A stretch of DNA of 64,000 nt from Sandaracinaceae bacterium (GCA_044220955.1 JBGAQA010000008.1:32001-96000); one strand, 5' to 3'; counted from the stretch's first letter, positions 43,943 to 53,372 are shown. The notes: generated by a model not told the origin, from the sequence alone. Made by a program: numbers and translations.

Positions 43943-43981
43943 ACGCCCCCTCCACGTCAAACGTACCGAGGTCGAGGCGCA

Positions 43982-46060
43982 TCACTTCTCCTCGTCCATC
44001 GCGAGCGTCAGCTGGCCCACGCGGCTCTCGGGCGTCGTCCGGATCCGCTCCGCGCCCGTCGCCCCGAGCCGCTCCTCGGCGATCGCGAGCGCCTTCTCGC
44101 TGATGTCGGCGCCGGCGAACGAGCGCCCGCCGAGCACCGCCGCCACCCCCGCGCTCGCCGTCCCCATGAAGGGATCGATCACCAGCTCGGCCGGCGACGA
44201 GGACTGCTCGATCAGCACGCGGCTCACCGCCACCGGCTTCTCGGTCGGATAGCCGCGGTGGATGCGCTTTTCCCGGATCAGGTCGGCGACCCCGAGGTCG
44301 GCGAGCTTCCGCTTCCCCTTCTCGAAGAAGAGGATCAGCTCGTACCTGGAACGGTAGTGGTATCCCATGCCGATCGCGCAATTGTGCGTCACGAGGCCGT
44401 TCGCGAGCACGAAGAGCTGGGCATCGTCGTCGATCGCGATGTCCACCAGCTCCTGCTCGGGTCCCGACTCGACCGAGGTGACGGTGAGCGGCTCCGCCCG
44501 GCGCTGCGGGTCGCTCCTCACCCGAAATCCTCCGGCGTGATCGTTCGAGAACGGCCGCAGGGTCGCGTGCTCTCCGCGCCGACGCAGCTCGCGTAGGGCG
44601 AAGTACGAGAGATCCGCCGACGCGAGGTTCAAGGTCGTTCGCTGCTCGTCGTGGGACCACGATCCGTCGCCCTCGAGCAGTCCGTCGAGGACGCCGTCAC
44701 GAAACGCTCGCGGCGCCCGATACACGGCAGGCTTGAAGTACTTGGTGGTCGCGTCGGTGCCTCCGACGAACGTCTCGACGAGGCGCCGCGCGATCAGGAA
44801 CGAGACGTGAACGATCGTCGATCTCGTTCCGTCTCGCGTCTCGATCCGGGCTCGGAGGCCCAGGCGGCGTGCCATGCGGGCCACGTGGGCGTGGAGGATC
44901 ACCTCGCGCTCGTGGAAGGCGAACGAGATCCCGGCTTGATCGACGCAACCTTCGGCGGCGAAGAGCCCGACGAAGCGGCCCCACGCGTGGTCGAGCTCGA
45001 TCGCGTCCGGAATCGTGCGTGCGGAATCGTTCGCCAGTGCCTGCCGGAACCGGCCGGTCGCGAGGTGCTCGAGCCCGAGCGCGCGGGCCCAGGTCGCGGG
45101 CAGGGCCCGCTTCGCCATCCATCGGCGCAGTCGACGCGCGGGAATGCCGAGCTCGGCGGCCATCGCTTCCTTGCTCCGTGCCTGCTCGCAGTGGCGTGCC
45201 TGGTGCGCGGAGCACGCGCGAGGGGTCTCGAACGATCGGCCGCAGAACAGGCACGAGCTCGCGCTCGGGAGCTCGAGCACGCGCTCCTCGTCGCTCAGGA
45301 GCGCGTCCAGCGAGAGCACGGCTTCGACGTCGCGATCGACCTCCGTGCTCGTGGCGAGCGTCGCGCCGGCCACCAGGGCGTGGGCCTCGACGTGCGACCC
45401 ATCCGCGAGGACGAACCGGTGCTCCGCCGATGAGATGACGTCGGTCCCGTCCGACAAGCCCAGTCGCAACGTCGGCGCGTGCGTCCGACGCGTCGCGAGG
45501 ACGGGAACCAAGCGCCCTTCGTGCGTTCGGACGCTCTCGCCACCTCGGACCTCCCCGATGGGTACGACGCCACGTTCCGTCCATACCGGCGTGGACGGGT
45601 GAAGGCACTTGTCCCACACCAGAGGCTTCCAGAACTTGAAGCCGGCCGCCTCGCCCGCCGGCTTGGCCACGAACGCCGTCTCCTGGTCGCAGTAGAGATA
45701 GAAGTGCGCGTTCTTCTTCAGCACGCGGTGCACCTCCGCGAAGAGCTCGGGGAAGCGCGCGTTCGGGAACACGGTGAACCAGTCGTTGCTCGACGACTTG
45801 CTGTGCGAGAGGCGCGTCGTCGTGCCGACCGCACGGTGCTTCTCCAGCGACTCGTAGGGCGGGTCCGTCACCACCAGATCCACCGACGCGTCGGGCAGGG
45901 TGCGCAGCCACGCGACGGCGTCGAGGCGGGTGAGCGCGTAGCGCGTGCCCGGCGGGGCACGCTCGACGGCTACCTCTTTCTCCTCGTCTCGGGCCACGGG
46001 ATGCTCCGTCGCCCATACCACGGGCTCGGAAGGGGTCAGGGAGGGATCTCGCTCGGTCAC
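43982..46060 (-). CDS. N4/N6 site-specific DNA methyltransferase (beta-class order) containing an intein
   Basis: VVTDPPY before the intein, then YPTEKP and VIDPFMGTAS after it. The start is uncertain (GTG 46060 or 45997). Confidence 0.92.
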   Translation of the reverse strand: MTERDPSLTPSEPVVWATEHPVARDEEKEVAVERAPPGTRYALTRLDAVAWLRTLPDASVDLVVTDPPYESLEKHRAVGTTTRLSHSKSSSNDWFTVFPNARFPELFAEVHRVLKKNAHFYLYCDQETAFVAKPAGEAAGFKFWKPLVWDKCLHPSTPVWTERGVVPIGEVRGGESVRTHEGRLVPVLATRRTHAPTLRLGLSDGTDVISSAEHRFVLADGSHVEAHALVAGATLATSTEVDRDVEAVLSLDALLSDEERVLELPSASSCLFCGRSFETPRACSAHQARHCEQARSKEAMAAELGIPARRLRRWMAKRALPATWARALGLEHLATGRFRQALANDSARTIPDAIELDHAWGRFVGLFAAEGCVDQAGISFAFHEREVILHAHVARMARRLGLRARIETRDGTRSTIVHVSFLIARRLVETFVGGTDATTKYFKPAVYRAPRAFRDGVLDGLLEGDGSWSHDEQRTTLNLASADLSYFALRELRRRGEHATLRPFSNDHAGGFRVRSDPQRRAEPLTVTSVESGPEQELVDIAIDDDAQLFVLANGLVTHNCAIGMGYHYRSRYELILFFEKGKRKLADLGVADLIREKRIHRGYPTEKPVAVSRVLIEQSSSPAELVIDPFMGTASAGVAAVLGGRSFAGADISEKALAIAEERLGATGAERIRTTPESRVGQLTLAMDEEK
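44381..45607 (-). mobile_element. Class 1 intein (409 aa) with LAGLIDADG homing endonuclease
   Basis: Junctions LVWDK/CLHPST and LANGLVTHN/CAIGMG. Block B SSAEHRF. Endonuclease motifs FVGLFAAEGC and VLDGLLEGDGS. Confidence 0.95.
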
Positions 46061-46117
46061 CCCCCACCGACGTCCGGGTCCCGTCCGGACTGACGCCTCG
46101 TGGTAGGAGACACGGCC

Positions 46118-46573
46118 ATGACGCGTCACACCCTGCTGATGGGCCTGCTCCTGCTCGGAGCGTGCGGCGCGTCCCGCGCGTCCGATCCCCCGCCGAGCGT
46201 CGCCCCCATCGACACCGTGCCGCCGCCGCCTCCGGGGCCGGAGCCCTGCACCGGCGCGTGCCCCGGCGCCGGCGCGACGTGCACGCGCGGTCCTGCCTGG
46301 AGCTGCACGTGCACCGAGCACGCGGACGTGAACTGCGGCGGGGCGCAGCGCATGCTCGGCCCGAGCTGGTGGGCCTGGTCGTGTGTGCCGACCGACGACT
46401 CGGCCGATCGCGGCGACGGCTGTCCGTTCGCCGAACCGATCGAGGGCAGCGCCTGCTCTGGCGCTCCCACGTGTCGCTACGAGCAGGGCCCCTGCGGCTG
46501 GAGCGGCGTCGACGCTGCGTGCGTCGGCGGGGCGTGGCACCTCACCGCGTTCATGATGCCGCCGCCCCCGTGA
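46118..46573 (+). CDS. Small Cys-rich lipoprotein
   Basis: AGGAG RBS, lipobox LGAC, many Cys. Confidence 0.78.
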   Translation: MTRHTLLMGLLLLGACGASRASDPPPSVAPIDTVPPPPPGPEPCTGACPGAGATCTRGPAWSCTCTEHADVNCGGAQRMLGPSWWAWSCVPTDDSADRGDGCPFAEPIEGSACSGAPTCRYEQGPCGWSGVDAACVGGAWHLTAFMMPPPP

Positions 46574-46576
46574 GCA

Positions 46577-48550
46577 TCAGCGCGGCAGCGCGATCAGCGC
46601 GAGCCGCGCGTGCCCCGCGCTCTCTTGCGTCGAGAGCATGACGAGCCGGTCGCCGACGAAGGCCCAGCGAGCCTGGTGCGTGTCGAAGGGCAGCGCGGGG
46701 ATCGCGACCGACCACGTGCGCGCCGCCGGGTCGAAGACCTCGATCGAGCGGTCGGCGACGAGGCCGCCGTCGCCGCGGGCGGAGCCGCCGACCAGATAGA
46801 GGTGTCCGTCGTGCGCGAGCATCGTCGCCGAGATGCGCACGTGGGCGGGGCAGGGCATCGGCGCGAACGTGCGCGCGGCGAGGTCGAAGTCGAGGCAGTC
46901 GTCGACCGGGGCGAAGCCCTCGCGCATGCCGCCGACGATGAAGAAGTGATCGCCTTGCGCCGCCGATGCGAACGCGCGCCGCGTACCCGTGAGCTCCGCG
47001 TCGATCGTCTCGCACGTGCCCACCGTGCCGTCCGTCACCGGGCAGCGCAGCACGTCGGACAGGTGCGTGAACTGCTCCTGCTCCGGCAGGCTCTCGTCGA
47101 AGCGGAGGCCGGCGAAGATCCAGATCGCTCCTTCGAAGAACGTCGCGCCGAACTGCGTGCGGCCCGCCGGGAGCACGTCGCGCGCGATCGCGAAGCGCTC
47201 GTCCTCTCCGATGACGAAGCCGTCCGCGAACGTGCGCGCCGCGTGCCCGTCGTGGCCGAAGCCACCCAGCGCGAGCACGCGATCGCCGAGATCGATCGAC
47301 TCGAGCGACTGCCGTGCCTCGGGCAGCGGCGCGAGCGGGAACCAGCGGAGCGAGGGCACGTGCAGGCGGAACGCCTCGGCCACGAAGTTCGTCTCGGCGA
47401 AGTCGTGCTGCTCCGGGCTGTCGTTGCCGCCGAAGACGTAGAGCGAGTCGTCCGACGCGAACATGCCGAAGCGGTTGCGCGCGCGTCCGGGGAACGAGAT
47501 CTCCGCCCAGCCGACGGCAGGCGCGCCGGGCCGGATCCACTCGATGAGGCGCGCGCGACCGTCCATCGTCATCGCGCCGATCCCGCCGAGGGCGAGCACA
47601 CCGTCGCCGTAGGCCACCAGCCGGTGGAAGAAGCGCGGCTGCGCGAGCGCGCCCGCTGCGCTCCACGTCTCGCCCTCGAGCCGGAACAGCGTGCCGTCCG
47701 CACCGCTCGCGAAGATGGCGTCGCCGATGGCGACCGCGGCCATGCCGAAGCCGTCGCCCGGGAAGTCGGGGCCGCGTGACCACGTGCCCGTCGCGGGATC
47801 GAGCAGGTCCACCGAGGTCGAGGTGTGGAGCGCGGCGTCGAGACCTCCGACGACGACGATCGCGCGCGAGGTCGCGACCACGGCCAGCGCGCGGCGCTGG
47901 ATCGGGCAGGGCGCGCTCGTCCACGCATGGCTCGCGGGGTCGTACACGTTCATCGTGTCCGCGAACGTCGCGTGGTCCTGGTCGCCGTCCACGTTCCAGC
48001 CGCCGACGACGTAGAGACGTCCGTCGAGCGCCGCCATGTCGAACGACGAGCGCGGCGTGGGCAGATCGGGGAAGGGCTCCCACGCGCCGGTCGCCACGAC
48101 GTAGCGCATGCACGTCGCGATCGAGTGCATGTCGGTGGGCGCGCCGTGCGCGTTGTCGATGCGCGAGCCGCCGCAGCGCACGAGATCGCCGCCGAGCGCC
48201 ACGAGCCCGAAGCCCTGCAGGCCCGACTCCATCGCCGCGAGCGACGTCCAGCCGCCACCCGGCTCGAGCCGATCGAGCGCGTGCGACTGCCCCTCGCGGT
48301 CGTAGTCGTGGGGCGTGCCGTGGTAGCCGCCGAGCACGTACACGCGGCCCTCGAGCGCGACCGCGCCGAAGCTCGTCACCGGCTCGTCCATCGACGCCGC
48401 GAACACGCCGTGCACCGCGTCGATCGAGGCGGCCGTGAAGGGCGGCACCGGGTCCTCCGAAGCCACGGGCGGGGTCTGCGCCCGCGGCGTAGCACCACCG
48501 CACGCGGCGAGCACGACCAGCGAGGCCACGGATGCGCTTCGACCCATCAC
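46577..48550 (-). CDS. Kelch-repeat lipoprotein (probably two propellers)
   Basis: Lipobox LAAC. Repeated YVLGG/YVVGG...YDP...W motifs. Confidence 0.9.
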   Translation of the reverse strand: MMGRSASVASLVVLAACGGATPRAQTPPVASEDPVPPFTAASIDAVHGVFAASMDEPVTSFGAVALEGRVYVLGGYHGTPHDYDREGQSHALDRLEPGGGWTSLAAMESGLQGFGLVALGGDLVRCGGSRIDNAHGAPTDMHSIATCMRYVVATGAWEPFPDLPTPRSSFDMAALDGRLYVVGGWNVDGDQDHATFADTMNVYDPASHAWTSAPCPIQRRALAVVATSRAIVVVGGLDAALHTSTSVDLLDPATGTWSRGPDFPGDGFGMAAVAIGDAIFASGADGTLFRLEGETWSAAGALAQPRFFHRLVAYGDGVLALGGIGAMTMDGRARLIEWIRPGAPAVGWAEISFPGRARNRFGMFASDDSLYVFGGNDSPEQHDFAETNFVAEAFRLHVPSLRWFPLAPLPEARQSLESIDLGDRVLALGGFGHDGHAARTFADGFVIGEDERFAIARDVLPAGRTQFGATFFEGAIWIFAGLRFDESLPEQEQFTHLSDVLRCPVTDGTVGTCETIDAELTGTRRAFASAAQGDHFFIVGGMREGFAPVDDCLDFDLAARTFAPMPCPAHVRISATMLAHDGHLYLVGGSARGDGGLVADRSIEVFDPAARTWSVAIPALPFDTHQARWAFVGDRLVMLSTQESAGHARLALIALPR

Positions 48551-48602
48551 GGCGGCAGGACAGCACGCGCGGCCCGGGCCGTCGAGCCCGTCCGGCGCTC
48601 AC

Positions 48603-49045
48603 TCAGCGGCAGACGTACGTGCCGCTCGGGATCGCGGCGCACTCGGCGTCGGAGAGGCAGCCGAGGCCGCGGCAGACGCCGGCCTCGCAGGCGAAGTTGT
48701 CGGCGTCGGCGTAGGGGACGCCGAGCGAGCAGTCGTCCGCGTTGCTGCAGGCCTGGATGCACCCGGCGACGCCGCCACCGAGGTCGCGGCAGACGTAGGT
48801 TCCGCCGGGGATCGCGGCGCACTCGGCGTCGGAGAGGCAGCCGAGGCCGCGGCAGACGCCGGCGTCGCAGGCGAAGTTGTCGGCGTCGGCGTAGGGGACG
48901 CCGAGCGAGCAGTCGTCCGCGGTGCTGCAGGCCTCGACGCAGCCGGCGAGGCCTCCGCCGAGGTCGCGACAGACGTAGGTGCCGCTCGGGATCGTGGCGC
49001 ACTCGGTGTCGGACAGGCAGCCGAGGCTCCGGCACACGCCGGCGT
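48603..49045 (-). pseudogene. 5'-truncated Cys-rich repeat protein
   Basis: 60-aa unit GVCRGLGCLSDAECAAIP-GTYVCRDLGGG...ADNFAC. No signal peptide, and the repeat breaks off at ~49045. Confidence 0.7.
48606..49045. repeat. 180-bp tandem repeat, ~2.4 copies
   Basis: Units begin at 48606, 48786 and 48966 and are near-identical. Confidence 0.92.
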
Positions 49046-49558
49046 GGCTCTGCCATCGTCCTCTTCGTCTCGCTCGCCGTCGCCCTCAGCGTCGCCCTGG
49101 CCCGGCGCAGCGTGGGCGACCGCTCGTGGGCGCTCACGGCCTTGCCGTTCGTGCTCGTGGCGGCCGGGCACCTCGTTCTCGCTCTTCGCGCGGGCAGCGC
49201 GCAGAGCTCGCGCGACGCGGAGCGCGAGTCACGGGCTCGGGTGGTGCAAGCGAGGTTCGACGAGATCCCGGCGAGCTTCCGCCATCGCGGGAGCTTCGGT
49301 GAGCTCTCCGAGCAGCTCGACTCCGTCCTCGTGATCGACGACGCGTCGCAGTCGATCGTCCGCGTCGACCACGAGCGAGAGTCGCTGGTGGCCATCTGCG
49401 TGGGCCGGATCGAGGGCACGACGCTCCGGCTCGTCGACGACACGAGCGTCCGCGACTACGCGGACGAGAGCGGACGGACGGTCTACGAGCGATTCACCGT
49501 ACTGCCGGGCGAGGCGGCAGGACGCACGGACTGCGCCTACGAGCGCTACACGTTCTGA
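49046..49558 (+). pseudogene. 5'-truncated membrane-anchored hypothetical protein
   Basis: Two TM-like segments followed by the duplicated EQLDSV...YERYTF domain. No credible start, because the upstream DNA is the antisense of the Cys repeat. Confidence 0.6.
49309..49558 (+). repeat. 250-bp direct repeat, copy 1
   Basis: Identical by eye to 51543..51792 and ends exactly at TGA. Confidence 0.95.
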
Positions 49559-49563
49559 TCCCT

Positions 49564-51417
49564 TCACTCGTCGCAGATGCGTGTGCAGGTGTGGCGCGCG
49601 CCCGTGCGCACGAACGACGAAGTGAAGGGAGTGGGCCCGAAGTACTCGGACGCGGAGCGCTGATCGCAGGTCTGTGCCGGCAGGTCCGAGGGTGTCGCGC
49701 AGTCCGCGTCCGTGCTGCACGGACGGGCACACCCCTCTGCGAAGGGATCACAGATCAGCGCGGTGTACGGGCTCCCGGGCATCGGAGTCGCGCGCGTGCA
49801 AGGGTCGTCGGCGCCGGTCAGGCGTGGGTCACAGGGCAGCCCCAGCTCGCGCGGGACCTCCGGGCCGGGCGGCTCCCGCAGACAGCTCCGCGTGATCCAC
49901 GCGCCTGCGACAGGTGTGATCACGCTGAAGGCGATGCGCCGTGCGCAGCCCACCGGCAGCCCCGCGGAGAACGCGCCGAGCGTCCCATCGTCGTACACCC
50001 AGCCCGGCAGCCTGTCTGCATCTGCCCCCGTCACCTGCGACACGCGACAGACCTCGCGCAGAGCCCCGGCGGCGTCGGCCTCGAGTCCGCCGAACGTGAA
50101 CGCCTCGGGGTGATCGAGGTCGCCGCAACGAACGCCGAGGGGCAAGATCTCCCAGACGTCGCACCCCGCGAGCCCCTGGGCATCGCGCGTGAGCGGGCTC
50201 CACTGACAGCGTCCATCGAGGACGGGCGCGAGGCGGCGCACGAGCAGGTCGATGGCGGGCCCGAAGTCGTCGCCGCAGATCGACTGCACGATGCCGCCCG
50301 TCTGCCGTGTGAAGTCGACCAGGCGCCGCGCCGGGAACGCGTCGCCTGTCGCGCCCACGCATGCCGGAACGAGGAACCCCGTGCGGGTCGGGTCTTGTCG
50401 AACGTCCATGCGTGGGTCGGCGAGGATCGCGTCGAGGTTCGTCGTCCCCTCGCCGTGCTCGGGCTCGTCCACGAGATCGGGGGGAACGCCGGCGAGCGTC
50501 AGCACCACCGCGTGGTCGCCGGCCACCGCGCGCAGCCCATCGACGTAGCGCTCGATCGGGTACGTGACCTCGGGATGGAGTGGAACACGGATGTTCGGCT
50601 CGTCGGGCGTGAACGAGAGGCTCTCGTCGAAGATGTCCGAGCTCGACACCGAGCCGTCGTCCGAGTTGGCCAGGATCACGACCACCAGCGTCGAGTCGCC
50701 GCCGGGAAACTCATTGTCCCCGTAGCCCCCATGCGCCGGCGTGCCCGAGAGATACGGGCCCGTCGGAGGAACGTAGTCTGGCCGGGCGACCGCCTTGAGC
50801 ATCGCCTCGAGGCTCTGCTCGTAGCCGCAGCCGCCCGCTCCGACGCGCGTCTGACACTCGAGCGTGCTCGTGAACGTCGCGACGTCGGTCGAGAACCAGA
50901 GCTGGGCGATCGGCGCGATCGAGGCTGGATCACAGGCTGCATCGGCCCTCCGCCGCGCGTTCGCCTCGGGCATGGCGAGCAGGCCGTCGTCGCCTGCGAC
51001 ACTCGTACAGACGTGCGAGCGCCCGAGACCCCCCATGTCCTGCGTGGTGACGCCGACGCGCAGGATCTGAACCGGGGAGAAGTCTCGCTCGCCGGCCCCG
51101 GGATCGCTCGTCCCGGCCTCGAGATCGCCCGTGGCGAGGATCTGCACCAGGCGCGGCAGCTGCGCGCGGAGCGCGTCCCGCGCAGGCTCCATCGCGGCCG
51201 ACGTTCCGAGGACGAAGAGGATGTCCACGTCTCCGCCCGGATACGTGTACTCGACCGGGTTGATGATGGGACCACACGGCCGGTGCGGCGAGCTGGGCGT
51301 GCAGCTCCCCGCGATCGCCGACACGGCGACCGAGGCGAGCACGCGAGCGAGCGCACGACGGAGGCTCACGAGGCACCTCCCGACTCCCATCCTCCGCGTA
51401 GTCCGACCGATTCTCAA
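49564..51417 (-). CDS. Myxobacterial vWA/Cys-rich lipoprotein (CglB-like)
   Basis: Lipobox AGSC, DVDILFVL, VGVTTQDMG, GCGYEQSLEAM, VQSIC. The start may be ATG 51390. Confidence 0.75.
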   Translation of the reverse strand: MRIGRTTRRMGVGRCLVSLRRALARVLASVAVSAIAGSCTPSSPHRPCGPIINPVEYTYPGGDVDILFVLGTSAAMEPARDALRAQLPRLVQILATGDLEAGTSDPGAGERDFSPVQILRVGVTTQDMGGLGRSHVCTSVAGDDGLLAMPEANARRRADAACDPASIAPIAQLWFSTDVATFTSTLECQTRVGAGGCGYEQSLEAMLKAVARPDYVPPTGPYLSGTPAHGGYGDNEFPGGDSTLVVVILANSDDGSVSSSDIFDESLSFTPDEPNIRVPLHPEVTYPIERYVDGLRAVAGDHAVVLTLAGVPPDLVDEPEHGEGTTNLDAILADPRMDVRQDPTRTGFLVPACVGATGDAFPARRLVDFTRQTGGIVQSICGDDFGPAIDLLVRRLAPVLDGRCQWSPLTRDAQGLAGCDVWEILPLGVRCGDLDHPEAFTFGGLEADAAGALREVCRVSQVTGADADRLPGWVYDDGTLGAFSAGLPVGCARRIAFSVITPVAGAWITRSCLREPPGPEVPRELGLPCDPRLTGADDPCTRATPMPGSPYTALICDPFAEGCARPCSTDADCATPSDLPAQTCDQRSASEYFGPTPFTSSFVRTGARHTCTRICDE

Positions 51418-51456
51418 GGAGGGCGCGGCTCGCGATCACGATGCGCTCCGGTCCGG

Positions 51457-51792
51457 ATGAAGGCCGCCCTGCATGTGCTCGCGGTCCTCGTCTGCCTCGT
51501 GTGGGCGGGCGCGTACTACCTGCGGGAGCTCGGCAGGGCTTTCGAGCAGCTCGACTCCGTCCTCGTGATCGACGACGCGTCGCAGTCGATCGTCCGCGTC
51601 GACCACGAGCGAGAGTCGCTGGTGGCCATCTGCGTGGGCCGGATCGAGGGCACGACGCTCCGGCTCGTCGACGACACGAGCGTCCGCGACTACGCGGACG
51701 AGAGCGGACGGACGGTCTACGAGCGATTCACCGTACTGCCGGGCGAGGCGGCAGGACGCACGGACTGCGCCTACGAGCGCTACACGTTCTGA
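51457..51792 (+). CDS. 111-aa hypothetical protein (one TM plus the duplicated domain)
   Basis: MKAALHVLAVLVCLVWAG joined to EQLDSV...YERYTF. May be internally deleted. Confidence 0.55.
   Translation: MKAALHVLAVLVCLVWAGAYYLRELGRAFEQLDSVLVIDDASQSIVRVDHERESLVAICVGRIEGTTLRLVDDTSVRDYADESGRTVYERFTVLPGEAAGRTDCAYERYTF
51543..51792 (+). repeat. 250-bp direct repeat, copy 2
   Basis: See 49309..49558. Confidence 0.95.
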
Positions 51793-51848
51793 GCCAACGG
51801 GCCGCAGGCCGGAGTCGCTCTGAGGTAGGGTTCGCGACGAGGTGGGGC

Positions 51849-52937
51849 ATGCGGGCACCGACGGTGTGTCTGATCGTCCTGGGGGCGCTCGCGCTCGCGA
51901 CGCCGGTGAGGGCGCAGGACGACGACGGCGGTGATGGCGACGGCGCCTCGGGCGACGCGGGCCAGCCGCCGGTGACGGCCGGCGGGGTCTTCACGCAGGA
52001 GTCGTATCCGCAGGCGGAGGTGGACCGGCCGCTCACGCTGGCGCAGGGAGCGATCGCGTTCGGTGCCCCCGCCGACGGCTCCTTCCGGCTCTCCGCGCAG
52101 TGGGACACGGCGGTGTTCACCGAGACGGCGGCGTCGGGGCTCGGCACGGCCGTGAACGTGACCTCGTGGAGCAACCTCTTCTCCTTCGAGCTGGACACCG
52201 GCGACTTCGTCGGGCGCGTCGTGCTCCCGCTCGGCTACCTGCGCAGCGCGCTCAGCCCGGCGCCGGCCACCGGGAGCGGCGCGAGCGATCAGGCCGAGCT
52301 CGGCAACGTCGAGCTCGAAGGGTACGCGAGCATCGTCCTGGGCGCGGAGCACCGCCTCCTGATCGGAGGCGGCGTCGCGCTCCCCACGGCCACCGATCAG
52401 CCGTGCGACTCCGGCGCGTGCAGTGGGACGGGCGCGATCGTCCGTCAGATCTCGTGGGTCGCGACGTTCCGGAACGCGCCTGCGTGGGCCAACCAGGCCT
52501 TCACGCTCTGGCCGAGCGTCGACTACACGCTGGGCGTCCCCTGGGTGCTGGTGCACGCGAGCGCGGCGATCCCGATCTTCTTCCCGACGAGCTCGCGCAT
52601 CGGCGGCGGCCCGATCGTGCAGCACGGCAACGTGGACCTGATGCTCTCGCTCGACGTGTCGGGCGCCGTGCGCATCGTGAACGTGGTGGACGTCGGCGCT
52701 TCGTTCCTCGCGTGGGCGCTGCCGAGCGGGGTCGGCTACAGCCCCGGCCCGGGCCGCACGATCGACCTCGGGCAGACGGCGCTCTCCTTCTTCGTCCGGA
52801 CCGATCCGGAGCTCGACGTGCCCGTGAACGGCGGCGCCGAGTTCATCCTCGACCTCGACAACAGCTGGGGCCCGACCGGCGACACCGGCAAGTTCTGGGG
52901 CCTGCGCTTCTGGCTCGGCGGGCGCTTCGACGTTTGA
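51849..52937 (+). CDS. Outer-membrane beta-barrel-like protein
   Basis: Signal peptide, DRPLTL motif, beta-strand pattern, C-terminal LGGRFDV. Confidence 0.72.
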   Translation: MRAPTVCLIVLGALALATPVRAQDDDGGDGDGASGDAGQPPVTAGGVFTQESYPQAEVDRPLTLAQGAIAFGAPADGSFRLSAQWDTAVFTETAASGLGTAVNVTSWSNLFSFELDTGDFVGRVVLPLGYLRSALSPAPATGSGASDQAELGNVELEGYASIVLGAEHRLLIGGGVALPTATDQPCDSGACSGTGAIVRQISWVATFRNAPAWANQAFTLWPSVDYTLGVPWVLVHASAAIPIFFPTSSRIGGGPIVQHGNVDLMLSLDVSGAVRIVNVVDVGASFLAWALPSGVGYSPGPGRTIDLGQTALSFFVRTDPELDVPVNGGAEFILDLDNSWGPTGDTGKFWGLRFWLGGRFDV

Positions 52938-53003
52938 GCCTAAGGGGCGCTCGCGCGGATCGCGAAGGTGTGCCAACCGCGCAGAGGCAGACCGTCGCCC
53001 GTG

Positions 53004-53372
53004 TCAGCGGGCGCGCTTCATGGGCTTCGCGCTCATTCGCCGAAGCGTGCGCGTCACGGGGTCCACGCCGATGCCGGTGCTCTCGAGAGCGACGACGCCG
53101 AGGATGGGCTCCACGTCGTCGGCGCCGAACACCATCTTGGTGACCGTCTCGTCACCCATGAAGCGGATGCGGGCGAAGCCGACCGGAAGCTCGACCGAGC
53201 TCCCGTCCGCCAGCTCGTACGTCTCCTTGCGGGTCGGCTTGATGCCGATCTTTCGCATCAGCTTCGCGGGAGCGAGGCAGTCGATCGCGCCCGTGTCGAC
53301 GAGGAACTCGCTCGAGAACGAGCGCTTGCCCGCGAGCGCGAAGACTTCGACGGTCACGTGCGTCAGACCCAT
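53004..53372 (-). CDS. Clan AA (retroviral-like) aspartic protease
   Basis: FLVDTGA, ELADG, PILGVVALE. Confidence 0.88.
   Translation of the reverse strand: MGLTHVTVEVFALAGKRSFSSEFLVDTGAIDCLAPAKLMRKIGIKPTRKETYELADGSSVELPVGFARIRFMGDETVTKMVFGADDVEPILGVVALESTGIGVDPVTRTLRRMSAKPMKRAR

Noticed and set aside
43671..44660. 329-aa ORF suggesting an extended antitoxin or an MTase-antitoxin frameshift fusion
   Set aside because: The N-terminal part is an off-frame reading of the MTase. The antitoxin has its own ATG and operator, and no slippery site was seen.
48606..49045. Tandem repeats as a possible CRISPR array
   Set aside because: The 180-bp in-frame coding units have no unique spacers, and no cas genes are present.
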